Origin: Thermodesulfobacteriota bacterium
Lineage (GTDB): Bacteria; Desulfobacterota; DSM-4660; Desulfatiglandales; HGW-15
NCBI GenBank assembly: GCA_042573485.1
Contig: JBHPCX010000003.1
Location: 19,306 to 83,305, forward strand
Direction of reading: 5' to 3'
DNA: 64,000 bases
Shown: positions 45,389 through 57,100 of the stretch, piece by piece
Layout: the number at the start of each line of letters is the position of its first letter
Numbering within the stretch: position 1 is the first letter of the stretch
The notes under the pieces: model-generated
What the model was told of the DNA's origin: nothing
Database searches by the model: none
The model's input: only the letters and a program-made list of their open reading frames with translations
Made by a program: the position numbers and the translations under genes

Positions 45389-46618
45389 TTACTTTAAGGC
45401 TTCCTCCATAACGTAATAAATATCCGTATTATCTAAAGCAGCGTTAAGCCTGTTACTTCCGGGCCCCTGGCTGTAAATAATCGTGTCAACTGCCGTGTGG
45501 TTACCGCTTGTCCAGCCCGGCTCAACTATGTCACCTGCTTTTAGAAGGGCATTTCCGGGACCGTTGATCGCAAAACCTCCTGTTTCATGGTCCGCGACAA
45601 CAATAATAAGGGTGTTTTTTTCACGGGAGGGTTCTTCACTGATCCAGTCCAGGACCTCCTTTACCGCTTCATCAAAACCAAGTGACTCCGCAATCTGGCT
45701 TTTTATGAGATTGTTATGATTTTCCCAGTCAATCTGGCTGCCTTCCACTAAAAGGAAAAAGCCGTCATCATCCTTTTCAAGGATATCAAGGGCGGCATCA
45801 GTCATCTCTGCCAGTGTGGGTTCACCTTCAGGATAAATTATTGATGGATCAACTCTGAATATTTCAACAGTTTTTCCTTTGCCAGGTCCGTTATGCTCGA
45901 ACATGCCGAGCATCTTTTTTTGATCAGAGGACACGGCGTTGCTTAAACCTGCTTTATCGGAAACAAAAGTGTAGCTGTTTGCTTTAGCGAGGTCGATTAT
46001 GTACTGTCTTTTATCAGCCGGCGCGAAGGATTCGGCGTATACATTACAGGAACGCCCTGTCATGTACAGTCCGCCGCCCAGGATAACATCCACACCTGAT
46101 TCTTCAATATACTGCCTTGCTATTTCAGCTCCGCAGTAACGGGAAAAAACATGCGCGCCAAAGGCGGCAGGTGTCGCGTGTGAAATTTGTGATGTTGCTA
46201 CAAGTCCGCTTGCCTTTCCCCCGGCCACAGCGAGTTCAAGTATTGTTGGAGCTTTATCAATACATTCTCCCTTTTCTCCGCCACGGCATGATATCTCGCC
46301 ACTATTAAATTTTTTACCCATGGCCCACGCTGATGCCGCGGCTGCCGAATCCGTTACTGTATTATCTGCGGAGTGTGTTCTCTGGTACCCTATATTTTTT
46401 AAGGTTTCCTGGTAAAGCGGATCACCGTTCGGCCCGTTTTTAAAAATCCTCGCCGCAGTCACGTCTGAAAGTCCCTGGCCGTCGGGCACCATAAAGATTA
46501 TGTTTTTTGCTTTTCGGGGGGCCTTATGATTGTTGCTTTTCGTAAATGCACAGGAGGTAAATAGAAAAACAGTAATCAGAAGGGATATTCCAGTTATTGC
46601 CTTTTGAGAATTATTCAT
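45389..46618 (-). CDS. Alkaline phosphatase (PhoA family) lipoprotein
   Basis: Lipobox LFTSC. Metal and nucleophile motifs FMVPDGQG and DSAAAASAW; late motifs ADHETGG and GNHTAVD. Confidence 0.85.
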   Translation of the reverse strand: MNNSQKAITGISLLITVFLFTSCAFTKSNNHKAPRKAKNIIFMVPDGQGLSDVTAARIFKNGPNGDPLYQETLKNIGYQRTHSADNTVTDSAAAASAWAMGKKFNSGEISCRGGEKGECIDKAPTILELAVAGGKASGLVATSQISHATPAAFGAHVFSRYCGAEIARQYIEESGVDVILGGGLYMTGRSCNVYAESFAPADKRQYIIDLAKANSYTFVSDKAGLSNAVSSDQKKMLGMFEHNGPGKGKTVEIFRVDPSIIYPEGEPTLAEMTDAALDILEKDDDGFFLLVEGSQIDWENHNNLIKSQIAESLGFDEAVKEVLDWISEEPSREKNTLIIVVADHETGGFAINGPGNALLKAGDIVEPGWTSGNHTAVDTIIYSQGPGSNRLNAALDNTDIYYVMEEALK

Positions 46619-46971
46619 TTTAAACCCTTTCTTTTAATAATGTAATAAGACGCTTTTCTAAAGTAGTTGAAGGATTTTCGGAAATCAAGGGGCTCAACGA
46701 TCTTTTTTTCATCACCGATAGGCCGTTTCCTTTATTCTCATCGACTTCTGATTCGATGACCGGGTGATCGCAGCTAATACATATCATTTCTTTTTCCATA
46801 ATATGGAAGCATATGGATTTTTTTTAGCAAAAAGATATAAGTAATCTAAGCTGACTTAATTCTGGCTTTATTTAGCTTAAATGTGATATAATATAGAGTT
46901 GTTGATAGTAGATTATTTTATTGTTGGTTTTTAACTTACGTTAACCCTGTAGATAGTACGGAATGAAATAG

Positions 46972-48786
46972 TTGAAAAAAACATTTTACACACTTTTTAG
47001 TTTTTTCCTGCTCCTCCTTATTTTCTCAGCCCCTGTTTATGCCTGGCCCACGGACAGCCAGTGGATCCCTGTGTATAAGGGCGGTATTTATCTTCAGGAT
47101 TCAACCGGTGACGCACAGGGCTCAAGGAATATAGTTTCTGATCCCGCTAACGATGCCGCGTTTATATATAATGACGGGCAATATATCCATTTTAGGCTCC
47201 GCCTGGACCAGACCCCGGCAGGTACCGGCGGGCAGGGATATCTCAAGTCCTTTGGATGGGGTGTTGAGATCGACACCAATCTCAACAATGGTGATTATGA
47301 ATGGCTTATGATGGTGGATGGAATAAGCAAGGTAGAAAAAATTCTCCTCCAGCAAAATTCCATACAGGCAACCCTGGGTGATCCGGGGGACAAGACCGAA
47401 TCCATATGCTCATCCGTAAATCTTTTAACTAACTATAGAGTACTTCCGGCGAATACATCCATCAACGGGGACCTTGACTATTTCCTGGACTGGCGGTTCC
47501 CTTACAGTACCTTCAAGCAATGTACTGGCTTAACTGATAGTTCCCCGATCCGCCTTTTTTTCGGCAGCTCATCCAGCACGAATAATTTAACCGAACAGGG
47601 GGCCGATCTTGTAGGCGGTTCAGATCTTTATACGGGTTTTTCAGACTATATAACTCCTTTCGGTACCAGGCCCACTACCGGCACGGTTAGATTTGTTCAA
47701 GGGTTACTCAGCACATCCGATCTGAATTCTACTACAGCAGGAAAGACTATATATGTCCGGGTGGAAGACCAGGATATGAACTGGGATTTCGGCGTTGTTC
47801 AGACCTTGAATGTCACACTTATTAGCACTAGCGGAGACAGTGAAACATTAGTTCTTACGGAAACGGGTGTGAATACGGGTATTTTCAGCGGCGCCATTTT
47901 AACGGCCTATTCCGCAGTCACAGCAGGTGACGGGACAGTACAGGTTTTAACGCCGGATGAGATAGTGACTGTAAGATACATAGATTTAATAGATGTCAAT
48001 CTTAATAGAAACCAGACAAGAACGGATACTCTTGTAGTCCTCCTGCCGCCCGTAATTACCGTCACAAAGAATGTAACTCCAGCGTCAACAGCAGCCGGAG
48101 GAACTATAAATTACACGATAACCATCACGAATACCGGGCAGGGAGAGGGTTATGTAATCCAGGTAAAGGATTTACTTCCTGATGGATTTTCCTATGTGTC
48201 CGGAAGTACTTCCGGTTTAACCACGGATGATCCCTCAATAACCGGGCAGGAACTTACCTGGAACGGTAACTGGGAAATCCTCCGCAATACAGGAGAAGTA
48301 AACCTCTCATTCAGCGCCCTGGCCGGGTCCATAAGCGGTACATATTATAACAATGTAACTGTATCCGGGAGCAACTTCAGCATTGTGAGTACCGGTGATA
48401 CAGCAGCCGTAGTAGTCGCGGCACCCCAGATAGGTCTTACAAAATCTGTAGACAAGGCAGCGGCCGCACCCGGAGAAGAAGTGATTTACTCCGTTTCCTA
48501 TAAAAACTCCGGAGACGGTTCCGCCCATTCATTGATCGTATTCGACACTGTTCCCACCAACACCACCTACATCACCGGAAGCATGAGAGAGGGAAACCCG
48601 GGATCTGATTATGACAGCGCGTCACCCCTGTCTGATGCTGCCGGAGAACCTGTCCCCGGAAACGTGGACGGCAGGGTGGACGGCGACAACATCATTTTTA
48701 CAGTCAACACAGTTGCGCCTGATGACGGTGCAGCAGGAAGCGGTACAGATGAAGGAAAATTATATTTTAAAGTAACAATAAATTGA
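46972..48786 (+). CDS. Secreted protein with unique N-terminal domain and DUF11 (conserved repeat domain) repeats
   Basis: TTG start; signal peptide ...IFSAPVYA. DUF11-type units (VTKNVTPASTAAGGTINYTITITNTGQGEGYVIQVKDLLPDGFSYVSGS; LTKSVDKAAAAPGEEVIYSVSYKNSGDGSAHSLIVFDTVPTNTTYITGS). Confidence 0.75.
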   Translation: MKKTFYTLFSFFLLLLIFSAPVYAWPTDSQWIPVYKGGIYLQDSTGDAQGSRNIVSDPANDAAFIYNDGQYIHFRLRLDQTPAGTGGQGYLKSFGWGVEIDTNLNNGDYEWLMMVDGISKVEKILLQQNSIQATLGDPGDKTESICSSVNLLTNYRVLPANTSINGDLDYFLDWRFPYSTFKQCTGLTDSSPIRLFFGSSSSTNNLTEQGADLVGGSDLYTGFSDYITPFGTRPTTGTVRFVQGLLSTSDLNSTTAGKTIYVRVEDQDMNWDFGVVQTLNVTLISTSGDSETLVLTETGVNTGIFSGAILTAYSAVTAGDGTVQVLTPDEIVTVRYIDLIDVNLNRNQTRTDTLVVLLPPVITVTKNVTPASTAAGGTINYTITITNTGQGEGYVIQVKDLLPDGFSYVSGSTSGLTTDDPSITGQELTWNGNWEILRNTGEVNLSFSALAGSISGTYYNNVTVSGSNFSIVSTGDTAAVVVAAPQIGLTKSVDKAAAAPGEEVIYSVSYKNSGDGSAHSLIVFDTVPTNTTYITGSMREGNPGSDYDSASPLSDAAGEPVPGNVDGRVDGDNIIFTVNTVAPDDGAAGSGTDEGKLYFKVTIN

Positions 48787-48805
48787 AAAACTGGAGGTTG
48801 AAATT

Positions 48806-49327
48806 ATGAATACAATAAAAGAAAGATCCTTTTTGCCATTCATATTGTTTATGGCAGTTCTTTTGCTGTTTGGAATTCAGGAAGCAGAATCCCAGGAGAA
48901 GGAAAAGGGGCTGGTTCTCCGGATTGATGTCAAAAAGGAAATGAAAGTTCAGAGGGGCAATGACCGGGAGACCATCACTGTACCGGTGGAGACAACAAAC
49001 CCGGGCGATATCCTTGTCTATACAATTTCTTATACCAACACCAGGGAGTCTGTTGTTCAGAATGCTTCCGTGGTCGACCCTATCCCTGAGGGGGCAGAGT
49101 TAATCCTGGACAGTGCCAGCGGGGAGGGCACGACAATTACCTACAGCATAAATAACGGCAGAACCTTTCATTCCCCTCCGGTAAAGCAGGTTATCCGGAG
49201 GACGGACGGCACCAGGGAAGAAAAAACAGCAACACCTGATATGTACACCCACATTAAATGGAATTTTAATATCCCGTTATCACCAGGCCAGACCGGTCTG
49301 TTAAAATTTAAGGCAACAGTTAAATAA
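48806..49327 (+). CDS. Small secreted single-DUF11-domain protein
   Basis: GGAGG RBS and a signal peptide. One unit: PGDILVYTISYTNTRESVVQNASVVDPIPEGAELILDS. Confidence 0.7.
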   Translation: MNTIKERSFLPFILFMAVLLLFGIQEAESQEKEKGLVLRIDVKKEMKVQRGNDRETITVPVETTNPGDILVYTISYTNTRESVVQNASVVDPIPEGAELILDSASGEGTTITYSINNGRTFHSPPVKQVIRRTDGTREEKTATPDMYTHIKWNFNIPLSPGQTGLLKFKATVK

Positions 49328-49393
49328 AGGAGGTTTGAAATGCAAAATTTAAACCGTTTTTTAATATCAATCCTAAGAATGGAGGTTAAAATC

Positions 49394-51151
49394 ATGAAAC
49401 GCTCAATTTTGTTTTTAATCATGTTTACGGCATTGTCCATGCTTGTTTCGACCCAGGCATGGGCAGTCGGGACAGTGGCCGGGACTCTCATCGAAAACCA
49501 GGCCTATTCCGACTATGATGACGCGAACGGAAATGCTCTGCCCCGTGTGTATTCCAACACGGTGACAACAGAGGTTTCCCAGGTGGGGGGGCTTTTACTG
49601 GAACCGCCGACAGCGTCAAAAACCGGAACCGCCGGCACAAATGTATATTTTGCCGCGACGGTTCACAACGAAGGTAATGGAACAGATGTCTATGACCTGT
49701 CAGCAGGTAACGACAAGAGCTGGATTACTACCATCTACCAGGACGACAACCAGGACGGCATATGGGATTCGGCAACGGAAACTACCGAAATTACCACTAC
49801 AGGTTCCATAGCTGCGGACGGTCAGGAATATGTCATTGTTGTGGTTTCTGTTCCCGGTGTTGTTCCTCCCGCTCCTGATGATTCAAGCATCGCTACACTT
49901 ACGGCTACCAGCCAGTTTGATAACAGTATAACTGATTCAAGTGATTTTACCACAACAGCCCTTGATGCTGCCCTGGAGATTACAAAAACAGCTTCTCCAA
50001 CGGCGCCCGAAGACGGGGATGTTATAACCTATGCCATTACAGGTAAAAACCTGGGATCTGCCGATGCACTTAATGTTAACTTTGTGGATGTAATACCTGC
50101 CAACACGACTTATGTCGCGGAAAGTATGCGTGTTGGCCCGGTCGGAGGTTCCTATGCTACTGCTGGAGCGCAGACAGATGCCAGTGACGGTGACTTCGGA
50201 TATTACAACAGCGGTTCAGGCCAGGTTGAACTGGCATGGGGAACTGAGCCCGCCGGCGGAGCAGGAGGGGTTTTCTATTTCCAGGTCCGTGTAGATGATG
50301 ACGTTTCCGCGGGAACAGACATTGCAAACACAGGTACCGCAAACTATCAACTGACAGTCGGCGGCACAACCTATAACACCCAGAGTAATGAAAGTAATGT
50401 AACCGTTGATTCTGACGCCAGCGTTCTGCTTGACCCGGACAGGTCTTCCTCGGGTGATCCTTCTGATGAAATTGTCTACGCCTTCACCGTTTACAATAAT
50501 GGAAATGCAACGGATGTAATTGATCTGACCTACACATCAAATTCCGGATGGACCTACGTCTTCTGGGAGGATGTGGACTTAAACGGTATTCCGGGCACGG
50601 ACGGTGATTCTGTTCTTACCGATACTGACGGGGACGGGACAATAGACACGGGCGGAATTACCCAGGGCGGAAGCCTTCCTGTTCTGGCCGTGGTAACCAT
50701 TCCCGCGGGAACGGCTGATGGAACAACTGAAACCGCGGTCGTGACGGGTACCTCAAGCCTGGAGCCGGGTGACGCGGACGGTTCGGATATAGAGACCCTT
50801 ACCACAACGGTAACCGCTCCGGTCCTGGGACTGAATAAAGCAGTAAGCCCGACAGGCCCGCAGCCTCCCGGTACGGAACTGACCTATACCGTAACCGTAA
50901 CCAATAATGGAACAGGCGCTGCTACGGCAGTAGTCATTTCGGACATTATCCCGACCTATACCACCTATAAGGCGGGATCAATAAGCGCGGGAAGTACAGT
51001 GGGCACGCTTACTTCTAAAACCGATGCCAATGATGGAGACGGCGCCAGGTATGATTCCCTTTCCGGCGCGGTGATCGTCCCTGACGGGAGCTCATTGTCC
51101 CTGGGTCCGGGCGGAACGTACGTGGTGCGGTTTACTGTAACTATCGACTAG
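49394..51151 (+). CDS. Secreted DUF11-repeat protein
   Basis: ATG at 49394 follows GGAGG and gives a clean signal peptide (MKRSILFLIMFTALSMLVSTQAWA). ATG at 49340 is an alternative start, also with an RBS. Several DUF11 units are present. Confidence 0.75.
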   Translation: MKRSILFLIMFTALSMLVSTQAWAVGTVAGTLIENQAYSDYDDANGNALPRVYSNTVTTEVSQVGGLLLEPPTASKTGTAGTNVYFAATVHNEGNGTDVYDLSAGNDKSWITTIYQDDNQDGIWDSATETTEITTTGSIAADGQEYVIVVVSVPGVVPPAPDDSSIATLTATSQFDNSITDSSDFTTTALDAALEITKTASPTAPEDGDVITYAITGKNLGSADALNVNFVDVIPANTTYVAESMRVGPVGGSYATAGAQTDASDGDFGYYNSGSGQVELAWGTEPAGGAGGVFYFQVRVDDDVSAGTDIANTGTANYQLTVGGTTYNTQSNESNVTVDSDASVLLDPDRSSSGDPSDEIVYAFTVYNNGNATDVIDLTYTSNSGWTYVFWEDVDLNGIPGTDGDSVLTDTDGDGTIDTGGITQGGSLPVLAVVTIPAGTADGTTETAVVTGTSSLEPGDADGSDIETLTTTVTAPVLGLNKAVSPTGPQPPGTELTYTVTVTNNGTGAATAVVISDIIPTYTTYKAGSISAGSTVGTLTSKTDANDGDGARYDSLSGAVIVPDGSSLSLGPGGTYVVRFTVTID

Positions 51152-51177
51152 CGTGAGCCAGTGATAAAGGGCGTTTC

Positions 51178-54100
51178 ATGATTAAACCGTTGCACATTAA
51201 CAACCGGGTGAAATGGGGGTGTATGGCCTTGCTCCTCCTGGTGGCTGTTTTCAGCCACATGTGGAGCTATGCCCTTACACCGCCTGTTTCAACCCCGATT
51301 GTTAACCGGGCGACTGTAAGTTACGCGGATGCCAACGGCAACCTCCTGCCGGAGGTAAGTGCAACGGTACAAACCCTTTTATCAGGCGCACCTGTTCTCA
51401 CAATCTCAATAATTTCAGGCAGCGATCCGGTTGCGCCCGGAGAGCCTCTCACCTATAGAATCATCTATCAGAATACAGGAAATGCTCCTGCATCAAACGT
51501 AACAGTCGAAGACCAGTTATGGGATTTTGTAATATTCCAAAGCGCCTCGGACAGCGGCGGTTATAACGCGTCAAATCATATTGTGGAATGGTCATTGGGA
51601 ACTGTAGAACCGGGTGAAAGCGGTGAGTTATCTATTACAGTGCTTGTAAAAGAACCTGATGATTATCCGCCCGGCGATCCTGATGTAATAGGGCCTGGAT
51701 CCCTGATCTACAATACAGCTGTTATTGAATCGGATGAGGATACATCCGATGATACAATTGTGACGACTGTCGGAGAATCATCAAATCTTGAAATCAGCAT
51801 GAATGTTTCCAGCCCGGTTGTATCTCCAGGCGGCATGCTTACTTATACCATAGACTATAGAAACATAGGAAACCGGGACGCGGCAGGTGTGTCTATCAGG
51901 AACGAGCTTCCCTCAGGAACCGCCTATATAGAGGGTTCCCTGACAGGAGAAGGGACTTTGGATAACCGGGAAATAACCTGGTATATCGGGGAGGTTCCCG
52001 CGGGTGAACAGGGAAGTGTGTCCTATGAAGTCCGTGTGTCACCGATCGCGGAAGCAGGGACAGTCTTCCGGAACATCAGCACCATATCAAGCCGGGACCA
52101 GGGGGTAATTGTTTCGAATGAAACCATTACTCAAGTATCGGCCCATGCAAGTCTGTCCGTTACCAAGCTGGACAGGCCTGATCCGGTGTATGTTGGAAAC
52201 CAGATAACCTATACTATTTTGCTGGAAAATGAAGGAGTTATACCGCTCACGGGAATAACCGTAACTGATATAATTCCGGACCATACTACGTTTATCAGTG
52301 CGGATAACGGGGGCCTATTAACGGGGAATATTCTGAATTGGAATATTGACTACCTTGCTCCGGGTGAAGAGATGGCCCTGGAACTGGTTGTCCAGGTGGA
52401 TTTTGATTTAGCTGAAGGGGATATAATAGAGAATACTGCTTCGGCTGTATCAAATGAAATCTCTATTCCTTCGGAAACTATTGTTACTACAGTCTCAGAA
52501 AGAACGCCTGGTGCTGTGAAATTCTACGATCATGAGTGGAACAGGGCAAATGTTTACAGTCTAGGCGATGAAATCTGCATGGAGGTAACGGATTTTGACC
52601 AGAACATGGATCCGGCCGCGGCTGAAAATGTCAATGTTATTCTTGCAAGCACGGGAAACGACGATTCAGAGGCTGTTCTTTTAGCTGAAACCGAAACAAA
52701 TACCGGTGTTTTTCGCAACTGCATAACCAGCACAGGGGATATTACGACCGAAAATGACGGATTTATATCCCTGTCCGAAGACAGCAGTATTACAGTGACG
52801 TACACGGATCTGCTTGACGCGTCATCTGTTTCCCTTGACGCTGCATTGATTGATCCCTTCGGTATAATTTTTGATTCTATTACAGGCGATCCTGTTTCCG
52901 GGACTACAGTTATCCTTATCGATACATCCACAAACCAGCCCGCTGATTTGTCAGCTTCAGCCACAGGCTTGTCCTATGACCAGGATAGCACGGTAATAAC
53001 AGGAGAAGACGGTGAATACGCATTTCGATTAGTGCCTCCGGGGTCATATTACCTCAGTGTTGAACCCGGAACCGGCTATACTTTTCCATCTGCCGTATCA
53101 GATACCGATCTTCCTGACGGTTTTGTGATAGGGACCGGAAGCAGGGGTGAGATCTTTACACTTTCCCCAGGGGATCCTCCGTTAAATCTCGATATTCCGG
53201 TAGATCCTCCTCCCGGAAATATCACTGTTATCAAAACAGCCAACAAAACGTCAGCCAGCATAGGTGATATAGTCATTTATACGATAACCATCAGCAATGA
53301 TAAGACTACTGCTGTTACGAATTTAGATATAATGGATATCCTGCCCCATGGATTCCAGTATTTAAAGAATTCAACCATGGTTAGCGGGGAACATCAGGAG
53401 GACCCATGGATTGAATCGAACCGTACTATTTTCTGGAACATTGATGAAATCGATGGCGGAGAATCTGTTGAACTCACTTACCGGACGGTTATCGGGCCGG
53501 ACAGCCCTAAGGGTGATGGAGAAAACAGGGTTACGGTCCAGGGAAACAGCGCCGAAAGAATAATCAGGTCTAATACTGCCAAACATAAAATTGATATAAC
53601 AGAAGGAATTTTTACAGACAAAGGGACCATTATAGGAAAAGTATTCCTGGATTTAAATAAAGACGGTATCCAGGAATCCCCTGATGAAAATAAAGATTCC
53701 GGCATAAAAGATTCAAAAAGTCTTAATACTGCTGAAGAATACGGAATTGCAAATGTGGTATTGTTTATGGAAGACGGTACCAGGGTAACCACTGACAGTA
53801 ATGGAAAGTTTTTCATCCCGGGTGTCAGGCCTGGGACCCATGTGCTCAGGATTGATGAAACAACCCTGCCGGGGCACCTTACTCCCTATCCTTCTTCAAA
53901 CCGTTTCATGGGTGATTTATCCTCCCAGTTCGTGGATATGTCGGCAGGCCAGCTGTATAAGGCCAATTTTGCCCTTGTAGGTACGGATGATGATAAAAAT
54001 ATTAAACCCATACAAAATCAGACCCAAAAAACAGATAAAAAACGAATACAAGGAGCTGATTCAGAAATTAAATCATCGAATGAGGCAGAACCCGAACCAG

Positions 54101-57100
54101 GATCCATGGAATGGCTGACAGAGCAATCCTCAACAAAAGTTAAGGGCCTGGATATTCTTGCTCCATTAGATGGTGAAGTCCTGCCAAAAGCCGCTACGGA
54201 TATCATTATTAAAGTTCCCTTTGATGTTAAACTGCAGGTATGGGTAAATGACAAGGAAATAGGTAATGATCGTATTGGCTCAAAAATTGTTAATAATTAC
54301 AGCAAAGTAGCTGTTTATGAATATATCTCCCTGCCCCTTGATCCATTAAAATCCAATGCCATTCGTGCACGTGTCACAGACCCCTTTGGAAATGTCCGGG
54401 GAGAAAAGGAAATAAGTGTTTCGGCTGCAGGTCCTCCCTTTAAAATAGATATAAAACCGGATGAAAATCGAATCCCTGCGGACGGAAAATATATAACACC
54501 TGTTACCGTTACCGTATTAGATGAGAAAGGGGCTCCTGCTTTTGGAGTAAAAAATGTAAATGTTTCACTTCAACTGGGTGAAATCCTGGAAGAAGATGCT
54601 GATCCTGTAACAGAAGGGTACCAGATCCCATGCCGGGGCGGTGTGGCCCGATTTAACATAAAGTCACCCCATGAAACCGGGGAATCCGATATCACTGTTT
54701 CCGTTGACAGTGTTGAAAATAGCATAACACTGTTTTTCGAACCCCACCTTCGCAACATGATTATAGTGGGCATGGGTGAAATACAGCTAGGGCGCGGAAA
54801 AACAAATGGTTCAGACCGCTTCCTGAATAATACATCTGTTGAAGATGGAACCTATACAAAGTCACAGGGCTCGGTGTTCGTTAAGGGTGAAATATTCAGG
54901 GATATTTTACTGACCGCATCATATGATTCAGAAAAGGAAAAACAGGAAGACTTTTTCAGGGCAGCGGATAAGGACCTTGAATCTGAAGCCAGGTACCCGG
55001 TTTCAGGTGATGAAAGCAAGCTGGGGTACGAAGCCTATTCACGTAAAAAATTATACATGCGCCTTGAAAAAGACAAATCTCATGTTATGTTCGGTGATTT
55101 TCATACTGAATTTAATGACTCCAGGTTGAGCGCCTACACCCGGACATTTACCGGGCTTAAAACTGAAATCAATACTGATAAAGTGAAGCTCCGCGGATTT
55201 ATCAGTGACTCTGACCAGGTTCAGGTAATTGACGAAATCAGGGGAAGAGGAGTTTCCGGATATTATCAGCTCAGATATATGCCTGTAGTCTACGGCAGCG
55301 AAACAGTTACCATTGAAACCCGTGATCGATACAGGCCTGACCGTGTGATAAACAGGGAGTCTGTTTCCAGGTGGAAGGATTACAGCATTGACTACAGCCT
55401 GGGAACCCTGCTTTTTAAGTCACCTGTCCAGAGCTACGATTCTAATTTCAACCCGGTTTACATAATTGTCAGCTATGAAAGCGAAACAGCCGGAGAAAAG
55501 AATTACACCTATGGAGGCCGTGGAGAGTTCAGTCTGACTGACCGTGCCAGGCTGGGTTTTACAGGATTTATAGAAGAAAAGGATGGAGACAATTACAGCC
55601 TGATAGGAACAGACCTGACACTGAATCTTCCCGGGGATACTGTTTTAAGGGCGGAATGGGCCAGGACCAGCTCTGCCCTTGACGAACGAAGCTCCATGGA
55701 AAGCAAAGAGGATGATGCCTGGTTGTTTGAACTTGAAAGCAGGCCGGTCAGGGATGTAGACCTGGAAGCCTATTACAAATACACCGGGGACTACTTTGAC
55801 AATATTTCGGCTGTCGATATCTATAGAGGTACAACACATTATGGCGCATCCGCTATTTGGAATCCAGTTAAAGATTTAATTGTAAGGGCGCAGCATTTTG
55901 ATGAAAATGACCGGCTGAATGACGGCACCTACAGGCATACTTCCCTGGGGCTGATTAAGTCATTCGAAAAAACAAGGCTTTCACTTGATATTTCAAGGGA
56001 AGACTCGGATGATAATTATATGCCGACAGTAAAGCGGACTTCCAGGGAGTCCTTTGATATCAGTGAGGAAACACCTGAAGACCTTATATCCGTTAAGCTC
56101 GGTGTTGAAACAGAGTTAACTTCTGATTTAACGCTCGACCTTGGTCACAGGCAGGACATAGCTCATAATAACTACAATTTAAGTCATGCGGGTTTAAAGT
56201 ATAAAATCACCGAAAACAGCCGGATTTACCTGAGAGAAGAATACGGAAAATTTGACGACAGGAAGGAAACCCGGACACTGCTGGGTGCTGAAACACAGAT
56301 CGGGAAGAACAGTACTGTTTATAATGAATATCGACTGGAAAACGGGGCTGACGGGCAAAGGAACCACCAGGTTATCGGCTTGAACAATAAATTCAGGCTG
56401 GGAGAGAAAACCACGGGAAATATCTCGGTTGAACACCTGAAAACCCTTAAGGGAGTCATGAGAAATACACAGCCCGACGCCTATGGTATTGCCATGGCCC
56501 TTGAATACCTGCCCAGAAACAGGATAAAACTCTCCACGCGCCTTGAATACAGGAAGGAGGACACTGAAACAGGCAGACAATCCTGGCTGGGAGAAATCGG
56601 CACGGCCGTTAAGCTTAGTAATGATTATACATTACTATTCAAAGAACGCTATTTTCAGGATGATTATAATCAAAAAGGGATGAATATAGCCTCAAGGTCT
56701 ATTATGAGTCTCGCCTATCGACCTGTCCGCTTTGACAGGTTAAACGCCTTTGCAAAGCTGGAATACGAGTATGAAAAAGACTCGACAAGTATAACTCCTT
56801 TTAAGCAGGATACGCTCATTGCCTCGCTTGAAGGCATATATCAATATAACAGGAAAACTCAGTTAGCGGGTAAATACGCGTCCAAGCTGATAAAAGACGG
56901 CGGATTCAGCAACCTCATGGATATGATATCAGGAAAAATTATATATGATATTAATGACCGGTTTGATTTCGGTGCTGAGTACAGGCTGCTGAAAAGCCAT
57001 GACGCAGATGCTTATAAACACGGCGGTTCTGTAGAAGCCGGCTACAAAGTAGTTAAAAATGTGTGGCTCACTCTCGGGTATAAACTTGATAAATATTCAA

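Noticed and set aside
46620-46799. 59-codon minus-strand ORF (MEKEMICISCDHPVIESEVDENKG...) ending 1 nt before the alkaline phosphatase start; it falls below the ORF-track cutoff.
   Set aside because: There is no Shine-Dalgarno sequence upstream and no recognisable motif, and the composition is unremarkable. I note it as possible but unsupported.
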